Shown here piece after piece: positions 27,145 through 38,800 of a stretch of 64,000 bases of DNA (positions are counted from its first letter, which is position 1; every line of letters starts with the position of its first letter). The stretch spans positions 48-64,047 of the forward strand of contig CAIZWU010000198.1 of assembly GCA_903936775.1 (NCBI GenBank), read 5' to 3'. A program made the translations under genes and the position numbers. Source of the DNA: an uncultured bacterium. Lineage in GTDB: Bacteria > Verrucomicrobiota > Verrucomicrobiia > Verrucomicrobiales > V1-33. The notes below the pieces were generated by a model. It was not told the origin of the DNA, did no database searches, and saw only the letters and a program-made list of their open reading frames with translations.

Positions 27145-28004
27145 AAAATCCGCTTTTTGCTTTCACTGTTTTGATGTGCCTTGCGGATACCGGGAAACTG
27201 GCCGCCGAGGAACCGGCTCCGGCTTCCCTCGCGGCGCTTGAAGCCAACTATGCCGAAGACCGCGCCGCTTCGCTCCGACGGGTTCTGGCCAAATACGTGG
27301 ATGAATTGCAATCCCTCGAACAATCCCTCGCGGCAGCTGGCGATGCCTCCGGGGCAGCCCGGGTGCGGCTGGAACGCGACCGGGTGCTGCCATCCCTGGG
27401 CCTGCCCGCGGTAGCGGCCGCCGATGCGGATGAATTTGCGGCCTTTGAAGAGGGCTCGGATCCTCCCATGCCAGCGGTTCCGTCCACCGTCCCGGCGGAC
27501 CTCGGTGCGATCCTGAAAAGTCTGCTTCCCGGCGGAACGGCCGCTTCCACTGCGGCAGGCCCGGCCCCGGCCACCCCCGGGAGTGCGGTCCCGGGCCGGG
27601 GAGCGAAACAGGTCCTCAGGATGGCCAATGCCCAACTGGAAGGCACTTACGATCCGGCGTTTGGTTTTCATTACTGGTCAGGAGGACGGTCCGCCTCCTG
27701 GACCCTCAGCGACTTAACGCCTGGGTCCTATCGTCTCGTCCTGCGCTATTCCTGTGATGAAAAAACAGGAGGCGGCAAACTCTCGGCCCGGTTTGGCAGT
27801 GGAAAGATCGAACTGGAGGTGCCCTCCACTGGGAGCTGGAACCGCCGGCGCGAATTGGTGATTGGCCCCTTTGAAATCGCCGGAGCCCGGGCCGATTTGA
27901 TCCTTGAGCCGGTCAAGCTGAGCTCCTCCGCGTCCTACCTGATGGACCTTAATGCCTTGCTGGTGCAGCCGGTCGCTCCGCCCACCGGAACTGGGAAGCC
28001 ATGA
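27141..28004 (+). CDS. Secreted hypothetical protein, paralogue C (helical module plus CBM6/35-like domain)
   Basis: Signal peptide, helical module, Pro/Ala linker, then WTL..PGSYRLVLRYSC..GGG..PSTGSW..LMDLNALLVQP. Confidence 0.75.
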   Translation: MKNPLFAFTVLMCLADTGKLAAEEPAPASLAALEANYAEDRAASLRRVLAKYVDELQSLEQSLAAAGDASGAARVRLERDRVLPSLGLPAVAAADADEFAAFEEGSDPPMPAVPSTVPADLGAILKSLLPGGTAASTAAGPAPATPGSAVPGRGAKQVLRMANAQLEGTYDPAFGFHYWSGGRSASWTLSDLTPGSYRLVLRYSCDEKTGGGKLSARFGSGKIELEVPSTGSWNRRRELVIGPFEIAGARADLILEPVKLSSSASYLMDLNALLVQPVAPPTGTGKP

Positions 28005-28666
28005 AGACCGACCAGCCCGTAGCCCTGATTACCGGAGGAAGGGGAGCCCTTGCCCGGGCTCTGACCGCCGAACTCATTGGCGCCGGCTGGCAGGTCATCG
28101 CTCCGCCCCGTAGCGTGCTGGACGTGAGGCAATCTGACTCCATCCAGCAGGTGGTGGACCGGCTACCGCGGCTCGACCTGCTGGTGAACAATGCCGGGAT
28201 CCGCCGCGATGCGCCGTTTTTAAAAATGCCTGCGGCGGACTGGGACGCCGTGCTGGATACTAATCTGCGGGGAGCGTGGCTTTGCGCCAGAGCCGTCCTG
28301 CCCGTGATGCAACAGCAGGGCAGGGGGCATATTGTCAATATGGGGTCCCATACCGCCCGGCACGGGGTAGCCGGGCAGAGCGCTTATGGGGCCGCCAAGG
28401 CTGGACTCCTCGCCCTGACCCAATCGCTGGCGGCCGAAGCCGGCCCGGAACAGATCCGGGTGAATGCAGTGCTTCCCGGATGGATGTCGACGCCCTTCAA
28501 TCAGGACCTGCCCCCTGCGGTCCATGCGGCGGCCCGCCGGAGCCATCATCTGCGCCATTTCAACACACCGGAGCATACCGCCCGCTTTATCGTCTTTCTC
28601 CACAGCATGCCTTGGACTTCCGGTCAGATTTTCCAACTCGACAGCCGGCCGGGATCGTGGCTCTGA
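28001..28666 (+). CDS. Short-chain dehydrogenase/reductase (FabG-like)
   Basis: LITGGRGALA, LVNNAGI, catalytic S and YGAAK, and RVNAVLPG. Confidence 0.9.
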   Translation: MKTDQPVALITGGRGALARALTAELIGAGWQVIAPPRSVLDVRQSDSIQQVVDRLPRLDLLVNNAGIRRDAPFLKMPAADWDAVLDTNLRGAWLCARAVLPVMQQQGRGHIVNMGSHTARHGVAGQSAYGAAKAGLLALTQSLAAEAGPEQIRVNAVLPGWMSTPFNQDLPPAVHAAARRSHHLRHFNTPEHTARFIVFLHSMPWTSGQIFQLDSRPGSWL

Positions 28667-28768
28667 GCGCTGAAGGCGCATGGAATCCTGCACCCATTTT
28701 CGTTTGTCAGGTCCGCGTTTTGATTCCAAACTGTCCTCTACCGGAATGACCGGCCCGTTTATTTCTGC

Positions 28769-29557
28769 ATGCTGGACTCCACTCACACCGCCATTTTGTG
28801 CTTCGACTTCGACGGCACCCTCGTGGATAATCCCAGCGATCCGTATGAAATCGCTCAGCTTGAGCAAATCCTTACCCACATGGGCAAACGCGGGGCGGTC
28901 TGGGGGATCAATACCGGCCGGACCCTCTTCCACACGCTGGATGGTCTGAAGCAGCATGGATTCCGTCTGACTCCGGATTTTATCATCGCGAGGGAATGCG
29001 AAGTCTACCACCCGAACGAATACCGCCGCTGGGTCGATCTGGGTGACTGGAACTCGCGCTGCGCCCACGATCACAAGAAATTCTACAAGGCCCACAGCGC
29101 CTTTTTTAAACAACTGCAGAAACATCTCGCCAGCCATTGGCCCGGTGCCAAATTCATCTCCGATCAGACGGAGCCGGCCGGCCTGGTGGTGCCGGATGAT
29201 GACATCATGGCCGGGATCTGTCATTGGATTGACTCCCAATTGCCGGGCTGGCCGGGCCTGGGTTACCAGCGGAACAGTATCTGGCTGCGCTTCACCCATC
29301 AGGGATACCACAAGGGAAGTGCCCTCCAGGAAGTGCGCCGCCTGCTCTCGATCGGCCCGGAATTCACCTTCGCTGCGGGGGATAATTTCAACGATCTCTC
29401 AATGCTGCGGCACGAGGTGGCGCATGGGCTCGCCTGTCCCGCCAATGCCGTGCCGGAAGTCTCTCAGCATGTTGATTCCCTCGGCGGTTACCTGTCCCAG
29501 GAGGATGCCACCCTGGGCATGGTCGCGGCAATGCACCACTTTTTTTACAGCGAATAG
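28769..29557 (+). CDS. HAD superfamily hydrolase, subfamily IIB (Cof/sucrose-phosphatase-like)
   Basis: Motif I FDFDGT, motif II NTGR, motif III HKG and motif IV GDNFND..PANA. Confidence 0.88.
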   Translation: MLDSTHTAILCFDFDGTLVDNPSDPYEIAQLEQILTHMGKRGAVWGINTGRTLFHTLDGLKQHGFRLTPDFIIARECEVYHPNEYRRWVDLGDWNSRCAHDHKKFYKAHSAFFKQLQKHLASHWPGAKFISDQTEPAGLVVPDDDIMAGICHWIDSQLPGWPGLGYQRNSIWLRFTHQGYHKGSALQEVRRLLSIGPEFTFAAGDNFNDLSMLRHEVAHGLACPANAVPEVSQHVDSLGGYLSQEDATLGMVAAMHHFFYSE

Positions 29558-29667
29558 CCTGTCTCCCGCCCGGCTTGACACTGCCCGCAATCCGCGTCCT
29601 TTATCTTCTTCCGCGGACGCCTGGCGCCAAGGCTGTCCGGACCAACCCGACCGCGGCTGACCCTCCC

Positions 29668-31920
29668 TTGAAAAACATACTTTTTGTCTGCACCGGCAAC
29701 GTCTGCCGCAGCCCCATGGCGGAAGGTCTCTTCCGTGCCCTGGTGCGGCAGGCGGATGACTACCACATCCAAAGTGCCGGGGTCAGCGCCTCGCCTGGAC
29801 AAAAAGCCAGCCAGCACACCGTCGAAGTGCTCAAGCCGGAAAAGGTGGACCTCAGCCGTTTCCGCAGCCAGCCCCTCACCAGTGAACTGGTCCGCAAAGC
29901 CACCCACATCTTTACCATGACCAGCGGTCACCGTGAATATGTGGAAATGCTCTTCCCCGAGGCGGCGGCCAAGACGTATCTGGTTTGCGAATTCTGCCCG
30001 GATGATGACCTGATGGGCGAAGACGTTCCCGATCCCATCGGTTACGGGCGCGGGGCCTATGAGGAAACGCTGGACACGCTGAAGCGCGCCCTCCCCTCAG
30101 TCCACGCCTTTATCGACAAAACTTGGAAACCCGCAGCCACTCCCGCCCCCGTGGCCCCTGCTGTTACCGCCCCTTCGCCCAATTCTCCCAACACTAAAAC
30201 ACCCATGACGCCCACTGCCATCGCTGATGTTCCTGCTGCTGCCACCTCCAACCCGGTGGCTTCAGGTCCCAAAACGATCATCGCCGGCTCCGACCATGGT
30301 GGACTTCAGCTGAAGAATGCCCTCGTCAGTGCCCTGCGCGCCCAGGGCCATACCGTCGAAGACATCGGCACCTACACCACCGACCGGGTAGACTACCCGG
30401 ACTATGCTAAAATCGTCGCCCAGCATGTCCTCGCCGGCGATTTCCAGACCGGACTGCTCGTGTGCACTACCGGCATCGGCATGAGCCAGGCGGCCAACCG
30501 CTACAAAGGCATCATGGCCGCTCTGCTTTGTGATAAAAACTCCGCGGTGATGACCCGGAAGCATAACAATGCCAATGTGATGGTGTTCTCCGGCAACACC
30601 GATACGGCCGCTGCCACCGAAATGGCAGAAGCATTCCTCTCCACCGGTTTCGAAGCAGGCCGCCATGAAACCCGTGTCACCAAGATGAATTCGGGGCTCG
30701 CCAGCGTGGATCCCGAGATCGCCTCCTGCATCAACAAGGAAGCGGTCCGCCAGCAGAACTTCATTGAGTTGATCGCCAGCGAAAACTTCGCCAGCCGCGC
30801 CGTGATGGAAGCCCAGGGCAGCTGCCTCACCAATAAATACGCCGAAGGTTATCCCGGGAAACGCTGGTATGGCGGCTGCGAGAACGTGGACGTGGTGGAA
30901 CAACTCGCCATCGACCGCGTGAAGCAGGTCTTCGGAGCCGAACACGCCAACGTCCAGCCGCATTCCGGCAGCCAGGCCAATGCCGCGGTATATTTCGCCT
31001 TCCTCGAACCCGGCGACAAAATCCTGACCATGAACCTGGCCCACGGTGGCCACCTCACTCACGGTCACCCCGCCAACTTCTCAGGCAAATTCTACGATGT
31101 CACCCACTACGGAGTCAGTGAAAAGGATGGCCGTATCGACTATGATGAACTGGCCAAAACCGCCTTGGAAGTGAAGCCCAAAATGATCACTGCCGGAGCC
31201 AGCGCCTACCCGCGCACCATCGATTTCTCCCGCATGGCTGAAATCGCAAAAAGCGTTGGCGCCTTCCTCTTTGTAGACATGGCGCACATCGCCGGTCTGG
31301 TCGCAGCCGGGGTGCATCCAAGCCCGGTGCCCTACGCCGACTTCGTCACCAGCACCACTCACAAGAGCCTGCGCGGCCCCCGCGGTGGCATCATTCTCTG
31401 CAAGGCAGAGCACGCCAAAAAGATCGACGCCCAGGTCTTCCCGGGCGTTCAGGGTGGTCCGCTCATGCACGTCATCGCCGCCAAGGCCGTTTGCTTCCAC
31501 GAAGCCCTCCAGCCCGGCTATAAGGAATACCAGCAGCAGATCGTCAAAAACGCCCAAGCCCTCGCCGCCCGCATGGTGAAAAACGGCTATACCGTCGCTT
31601 CCGGTGGCACCGATAACCATGTCATGCTGATCGACCTCCGACCGCAGGGCCTGGACGGCAAGATCGCCCAGGAAACCCTCGATGAAGCCGGCATCACCGT
31701 GAACAAGAACAGCATCCCATTCGATACTGCGAGCCCCTTCCGCCCCAGCGGCATCCGCATCGGCACCCCGGCAGTCACGACGCGCGGCATGAAGGAAGCC
31801 GAGATGGAGCAAATTGCCGACGCCATCCACAGGGTGCTTTCCAATATCGGGAACCACGCCATCCTGACCGAAACCCAGGCTTGGGCCGCCCAACTCAATC
31901 AAGGTTTCCCGCTGCCTTGA
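29668..31920 (+). CDS. glyA: Triple fusion: low-molecular-weight protein phosphatase + ribose-5-phosphate isomerase B + serine hydroxymethyltransferase
   Basis: Phosphatase: [24 protein letters not shown]. RpiB: GSDHGG..DYPD..CTTGIG..HNNAN..GRHETRV. SHMT: [38 protein letters not shown]. All in one frame; TTG start at 29668 is inferred. Confidence 0.93.
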   Translation: MKNILFVCTGNVCRSPMAEGLFRALVRQADDYHIQSAGVSASPGQKASQHTVEVLKPEKVDLSRFRSQPLTSELVRKATHIFTMTSGHREYVEMLFPEAAAKTYLVCEFCPDDDLMGEDVPDPIGYGRGAYEETLDTLKRALPSVHAFIDKTWKPAATPAPVAPAVTAPSPNSPNTKTPMTPTAIADVPAAATSNPVASGPKTIIAGSDHGGLQLKNALVSALRAQGHTVEDIGTYTTDRVDYPDYAKIVAQHVLAGDFQTGLLVCTTGIGMSQAANRYKGIMAALLCDKNSAVMTRKHNNANVMVFSGNTDTAAATEMAEAFLSTGFEAGRHETRVTKMNSGLASVDPEIASCINKEAVRQQNFIELIASENFASRAVMEAQGSCLTNKYAEGYPGKRWYGGCENVDVVEQLAIDRVKQVFGAEHANVQPHSGSQANAAVYFAFLEPGDKILTMNLAHGGHLTHGHPANFSGKFYDVTHYGVSEKDGRIDYDELAKTALEVKPKMITAGASAYPRTIDFSRMAEIAKSVGAFLFVDMAHIAGLVAAGVHPSPVPYADFVTSTTHKSLRGPRGGIILCKAEHAKKIDAQVFPGVQGGPLMHVIAAKAVCFHEALQPGYKEYQQQIVKNAQALAARMVKNGYTVASGGTDNHVMLIDLRPQGLDGKIAQETLDEAGITVNKNSIPFDTASPFRPSGIRIGTPAVTTRGMKEAEMEQIADAIHRVLSNIGNHAILTETQAWAAQLNQGFPLP

Positions 31921-31927
31921 TATTCCG

Positions 31928-32009
31928 GGGGCAGGGCGCAAAATCCTTGCCCCTGCCAGCCCTCCAATATGAGCCCCCGGCCCAGGGGGGGCGTTTCTGG
32001 TTTGTTGTT
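31928..32009 (+). terminator. Candidate terminator hairpins after glyA
   Basis: GGGGCAGGG..CCTTGCCCC stem, then GCCCCC..GGGGGC followed by a T-rich tract. Confidence 0.4.
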
Positions 32010-32730
32010 CAGGCCGCGCAAGCTGTGTTTGGCTCCCATGCCACTGCAAATGATGGCGTCCCCCAGGCCTCTTCCGGCCCAATAAAGTCCAATGCCTCAA
32101 GTGTGGTTGGCTATCTATTTCTGCGGCAATTTTCCCTCGTGGCAGGGGCGTTGACATGCCGCTATTGGGAAATGTTCGTTTCCCTGCCCTCAATGCGCAG
32201 TTACCGCGTCCTCTGCCGTTGGGCAAGTTTGCCCCCGGTTCCCTCCGGTCAGCACAAGTTCTTTGCTGGCCGGCGAACCGCTTCTGAATGGATGGGGGTC
32301 GGTTGGAAGCAATCAGCCTTGCAGCGGACGCCGCCAGATCCCCTAAACCAAGATTGTTAGTTTTGGCCCCGCAAGGTTGTTCCGGAAATGATTCCGCAAA
32401 GACTTTGCATGGAGGGGAATCAAAGCTGCCCGCCCGGTTTCCGCAGTTGCCCGATATCATGTTGCTCCCACACATATACCCTCCCCCCTCCCCCCTCCCG
32501 CCGGCTTGACCAAGTAGATTTGAAACCGGTTGGATCATGCGCCGCTGGGGTTTTTTGAATGTTAGTTGGAAACCGTGTGCTGCGCATCCCGCGAAGTGAC
32601 GGAACTGGAACCCGGTGTGGGAGAGCCGTTTTCCGATACTTTGTTTCTGCTCCACCCGGCGCGATGGCTCGTTGACGGGGGATCCCGTCGGAATTGAGTG
32701 ACGGAATCGAATCAATAAGGAAAGTAATAC

Positions 32731-32785
32731 GTTACATAAATGACTTTCTAACTGAAATATGAATATGTCATTATAGACACATCAA
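32731..32785 (+). promoter_or_regulatory. AT-rich promoter region with Pho-box-like 11-bp-spaced heptamers
   Basis: GAAATAT-GAAT-ATGTCAT-TATA-GACACAT (32754-32782), compared with the PhoB consensus CTGTCAT-N4-CTGTCAY; lies about 85 bp before the giant phosphatase gene. Confidence 0.4.
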
Positions 32786-32866
32786 ATAATTTGCCGGGAG
32801 CGCGATGATCAAGGAAATGCGTTCTGTCCTTACTGGACCGGAAATTTAAAGCAGTCTCCCGATCCC

Positions 32867-35800
32867 ATGAAAACTATTCCCCGGCTTGTCCGAGTCTTCC
32901 GTCGCAAAACCTGCGCTCTTCTCCTTGCTGTCGGCCAACTGACGGCCGGCGGAGTCCACGCAGGACTTGTCGGCGACAGCATCAGCGTCAATGATGTTTC
33001 CATTGTGGAAGGAAATACGGGAACCAGCACGCTGGCGTTCACCGTTTCACGGGTGGGAAATGCGGCCGCGTTTTCCCTGAACTGGGCCACGGCGGACAGC
33101 ACCGCTGCAGCGCCGGGAGACTACACCGCCGCCAACGGAACCATGAATTTCACGGCCGGTGGTAGCCTGACGGAAACCGTTTCCGTGACCATCGTGGGCG
33201 ATGCCACTGGTGAGGCGAATGAAACCTTCTTCCTCAATCTTTCCAATCTGGTGCCGTCGTCCGGCAGTGCGAGCCTCAGTGATGCCCAGGGCATCGGGAC
33301 GATTACCGACAACGATGCGGTGGCTCCTGCCATCACCACCCAACCGGCCAACGCTTTCGTAGTGGCTGGCTCCACCCGCGCCTTGAGCGTGGTCGCCACC
33401 GGAACCCCAGCTCCTTCGTTTCAATGGTATCGGGGAGCAACCGGAGTAATCACGGCTCCGGTAGGGACAAACTCTGCCAGTTTCACCACCCCGGGATTGT
33501 CCGCCACCACCCCTTATTGGGTGCGGGTCACAAATCTCAAGGGCACCATCGACAGCAGCACCGCAACCCTGACGGTTCCGGAAGGATCGAATGCGTTGCT
33601 GTCCGCTTTGACCACCGCACCGGGAACGCTCTCACCGGTTTTTGCCGGACCCACCCTGACATATTCCGCCAGCGTATCCAATGCCACGACGGCTGTCGCG
33701 GTCACGCCCACGGTCGCCATCGGTGGCGCAACCCTGACTGCCAGCGTGAATGGCGGGGCCTTCAATCCGGCCACTTCCGGAAGCCCGATTCCGATCACCC
33801 TTAATCCCGGCAACAACACGCTTTCGGTGAAGGTCACGGCGATCGACCTTTCTACCACCCGCACTTACAACATTTCTCTGGTACGTCTGCCGGTCTTTTA
33901 CACCTCCGGCGTGCGCGACGTGCTCGAGCCCAATCGGGGCCCGTGGCCAACCGCCGGAGTAACGCTGGGAACCACCCAGTTCATCAATCTGGGCTTGCAG
34001 GGCGTCGGCCGGGTGCCCGCCAGCAGCAAGGACACCACCGCCAGCGCCACGGGGCCGACCTCTAATACGGGTGAGTCGATCGGTTCCATCTCCGATATGC
34101 AAATTACGTCCTTCGCCAACAATGGGGATGGCACCTTCACCGGCACGCTGCAGACGCTGCCGGACCGGGGCTACAATGCCACTGTTACCCCGCCTTTGCC
34201 CGCCGTGCCGGTCAACATTTTCTCCAACTACGCGGCGCGGCTTAACACCTTTAATTTCACTTTTACGCCATACACGGGCGCCGGTCCCGCCCCGCAGAAT
34301 CAAATTGCCCTGAGTTTCGCCGGTTCCACCCGATTCACTTATGATCACGACGGGCTTCCGGGAACTCCTCCCGTCTTTTCGACCGGACTTTTGGCCAATG
34401 GACCAGCCACGACGCTCTTTGGCACCGTAGTGCCGGTGGCCGCAGGGGACACGACCCAAAGCGATGGAACCGTGGCCAACCGGCTCACCCTCGATACGGA
34501 AGGAATCATCTTTGATACCCGCCCTGGCAAAGACGGCACTGGTTGGGTCAGCGATGAATACGGTGCCTTCATCTATCACTTCAACGCAGCCAAGCAACTC
34601 GATGGCCAGTTACAGCTTCCTGCCGCGCTGATTCCACACTCTCCCGTCGGGACACGGAACTTCGCGGCCGACCCGCCGCTCAATGGGCGCCGGATCAACC
34701 AAGGCATGGAGGGCATCGCCCAATCCCCCGATGGGACCAGGCTCTATGCGCTGCTGCAGAGCGCCACCATTCAGGATTCCGGGGCCGGAAACCAAGGGCG
34801 CTTCACGACGCGGTTGTTGGTTTATGATATCTCATCCAGCGACATGCCGAGCGATCCGGTCGCCCAATACGTGATCCAGCTTCCCCGTGCGGATGACACC
34901 GGCGCTGCGGCCAATGGCAACACCGTCAACCGCAACCTCGCCGAGAGTGCAATGGTGGCTCTGAACAATAACCAACTGCTGATCCTCTCCCGGGATGGCA
35001 GCGGCCGCGGCGTGGACGCCTCGAATCCTCCTGTCTTCAAGTCGATTCTGCTGGCTGACCTGACTGGAGCGACCAACATTGACGGTCTCTTCGATGCCGA
35101 AGGCAATGCGGTCGCTCCTGGGGGGGTGCTCAACGCTGCGGTCGCCCCGATATCATGGACCGAGGCGATCAATATGCTGGGCAAACTGAATGCACCCACG
35201 GCCGAGGTGGAAAAGTTCGGTTTGAATCTGAATGGCGGGCACGGGGACGCCAATACCTTAAGTGAAAAGTGGGAAGGGCTGGCCCTTGTCCCGGTCAATG
35301 ACCCCGCCAATCCTAACGACTACTTTCTTTTTGTTGCCAATGACAACGATTTCCTCACCACCAATGGTGCCTACATGGACGCCGCAGGCGATCTGCAAAC
35401 CTATGACGGCGGGGTGGAAAATGACACCGTCGTGCTCGCCTATCGTGTCCGTATTGCTCCGGCCTCGGCCGCTCCCACGGTGGTTTCCTCCGGGGATGTC
35501 ACCCAGACCAGTGCGGTGCTTTGGGCCAATTCGAAATTTGTCGGCAATGTGAAGTTCGAGTATTCGACCAGCCCCACTTTTGCCAGCGGTGTTTCCACTG
35601 CGATCGCGACCACCACAGATCCCACCGCGCCCGTCAAGGTTTCCGTCGGCGGTCTGGCTGCCAACACAGTCTATCACTACCGGGTCACCACGACCGGCGA
35701 TATGGCCACCGGGAAATTCAAGACGAATGCCGGTGCCAGCACCATTGCCGGGCTGAAGTTTGGAGTCAGTGGCGACCAGCGGGGCGAACTCGCGCCTTTC

Positions 35801-38800
35801 CCGTCCATCAAAAATGCGGCGGGCCAGGACCTCAATTTCTTCCTGCAACTCGGGGACAACATTTACGGCGACGTGGCCACCCCCGATCTGCCGGCGGCCC
35901 AGGCGCGCACGCTGAGCGACTACCGGATCCGCCACAATGAAATTTACTCGCCGCGTTATGGCATGAACACCTTTGCCGACCTGCGGAAATCCACCTCGAT
36001 CCTCGCTACGATCGATGATCATGAAGTCATCAATGATTTTTCCGGTGGCGATCTCCGGGTCAACGATGCCCGCTTTGCGGCGGACACCGGCACGCTCATC
36101 AGCGACACCGAGACCTACCTGAATGGCATCCAGGCGTTCCGCGAATTCATGCCGATGAACCTCGCGCAGTATGGAGCGACCGGCGATGCCGTCACCGCCC
36201 ACCGGGCCAAACTCTACCGTTACAGCACCTATGGGCGGGACGCTGCCGTCTTCATGCTGGATGGCCGCAGTTTCCGTTCCGCTCCTTTGCCTGCCGTGAC
36301 CAACCCGGCGGATCCTGTCCAAATCACGAATTTCCTGACCGGGGCCTTCACTCCCGGACGCACCATGATCGGGGCCCAGCAAAAGGCCGACTTCAAAGCT
36401 GACCTGCTTCGTGCCCAAAGTGCCGGGATCGTCTGGAAATTTGTCTTCTGTCCGGAACCGGTGCAGAACTTCGGACCCTTCGGTGGATCCGACCGCTACG
36501 AGGGCTACGCCGCGGAACGGACGGAGTTGCTGAAGTTCATCGACGACAACAAAATCAACAATGTGGTTTTTGTGGCCGCCGACTTCCACGGCACTGCGGT
36601 CAACCGGCTTTCCTACCAAATGGGTCCGGGCCAACCGCAGATCCAGACCAATTCCATCGAAATCCTCACCGGATCGGTGGCCTACGACAAACCTTTTGGT
36701 CCGACTATCATCGAGCTGGCAGCTGGTCTGGGTCTGGTGGACCCCGCAACCCAAGCCGCTTACAACTCGCTGCCCAACGGCGCGACGAAGGAAGGAATCG
36801 TGGCTGCGGTGATTAATGGAACCACCTCCGCGCTTGGCTACAATCCGCTGAGCCCAACCGCCGAACCGCTCCCCGGCACCACCAACCTGCTGAACGGCCT
36901 CTACATGGCCACCAACACTTACGGCTGGACGGAGTTCACCATCGACCCGGTGACACAGCAGCTGAACCTCAAAACCTGGGGCATCGAACCCTACAACAAG
37001 GCTCAGTTGGACGCCGATCCCGTGGCGGTAACCGGCCGGACCCCGGCTGTCATGAGCGAGTTTGAAATAACGCCGCAGGCCCTCACGATCAATGCAGCCG
37101 CCCTCGCTGGCTTTTCGATGCCCGCCCATGGTTCACCGCTGAACCTGACTACCGCTGCCGGAGTCAGCCCTGCCGGTGGTATTTTCTCCGGACCCGGCAT
37201 CCTGGGAGACACCTTTGATCCCGCCCTCGCTACCGTCGGCCTGAACGTGGTTACTTATGCGTTCGGAGCGCAAAGCGTCACCTTCAATGTGACCGTTGCC
37301 GCAGCTCCAAATCTTTCCGCGAATCCGAGCAATGCCTTCACCTCCCTGCTGAAGAGTTCGATTGTGCTCTCCGACAACGGAACGGCAGCGGGCATTGGCG
37401 GCGCGGAAATTCCGGCCTTCGACCCTGTCACAGACCTCGCCTTCGCCGCTTCCAATGCGGGGATCCAAGTGGTGAATCTAGCCAATCCCTCCGCTCCGGT
37501 CAGGCTGGCTCCGATTGATCCCATGGCGGCTCCTTACAATTTGCCGAGCCGGGACATCTCCCACGTTATCGTGAAAAATGGAGTGTTGGCGGTATCCATC
37601 GTCAGCGTCCCCAACACCAATCCTGGCACGGTGGCCTTCTTCGATCCGGCCACCCGGGCGCTACTCGGTTCCGTTACCGTGGGCGCCGTGCCAGATCAGT
37701 TGGTCTTTACTCCGGATGGCAGCAAGGTCCTAGTGGCCAATGAAGGCGAAAAAGAATTGTTTGCCACCAACCCCGGCAGTATCAATCCGGAAGGTTCCGT
37801 GACCATCATCAACGTTTCCGGCGGTTTCGCCGCTCCGAGCGTCCAGACTGCCACCTTCGCCGCATGGAACGGTCAGGAAGACCTCCTGCGATCCCGCGGT
37901 ATCCGGGTTTTCCCCGGCAACTCCGCCACGGTGGACCTCGAGCCAGAATATGTCGCTGTGTCGCCGGATGGCCTGACCGCCATGGTCACCCTTCAGGAGG
38001 CGAACGCCATCGCGGTGCTCGACATCCCTACGGCAACCTTCACCGCGATCAATCCGCTCGGCCTGAAGAATTTTGCCAATGGGCAGGCCGATTACTCCGA
38101 CCGCGACAGTTCCGCCAACGGCCAACTCATCAAGCTGATCCCTGCCATGCCGGCTTACGGGATGTTCATGCCGGACGCCATTTCCGCCTACCAGGCCGAC
38201 GGTCAGACCTACTATGTTACCGCCAACGAAGGAGACGACCGCAACGACTTCACAGCCTCTGCCGACGCGGAGACGACCTCGGTCAATGCCACCAACTACG
38301 ATTTGGACAACACCTTCTTCCCCACCGAAGGCGTCGCCGCCACCACCACCCCGACGGTGACAGCCGGAACCGGCCTGAAGGGCAATGCCCAGTTGGGCCG
38401 CCTCACTGTTTCCAATGTTCCCGGCCTGCGCGGTGACTTGGATGGAGACGGCGATGTCGATCGCATCCTGTCCTATGGCGGACGGTCGTTCTCGATCCTC
38501 GATGCCACCGGCAAACGCATCTTTGACAGCGGTGATGTGTTGGACCGCATCCTGACCACTCATTTCCCGTCGCTTTACGATGACGGCCGCAGCGACAACA
38601 AATCCGCCGAACCGGAAGGGGTCACGGTCTCCGTGATTGGGGGAAGGACGTATGCCTTCATTGGTCTGGAGCGCGCGCAGTCCGTGATTGCCTTTGATGT
38701 CACCGACCCGGCCAATGTGACCTTCACCACCCTTGCGACCCGGTCGGGTGACTTGAATCCCGAAGGTATGATGGTGATTCCCGCGGCAGACAGTCCGACC

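Noticed and set aside
32729-32756. dif-like 28-mer on the minus strand, TTCAGTTAGAA-AGTCAT-TTATGTAACGT
   Set aside because: The XerD-like arm is fair but the XerC arm is poor. It lies in an AT-rich promoter, and KOPS-like polarity does not change across it.
31921-32866. About 950-bp gap examined for a riboswitch, sRNA or small gene
   Set aside because: No recognisable aptamer consensus, and the short ORFs lack motifs. It remains unexplained; an Rfam scan would be needed.
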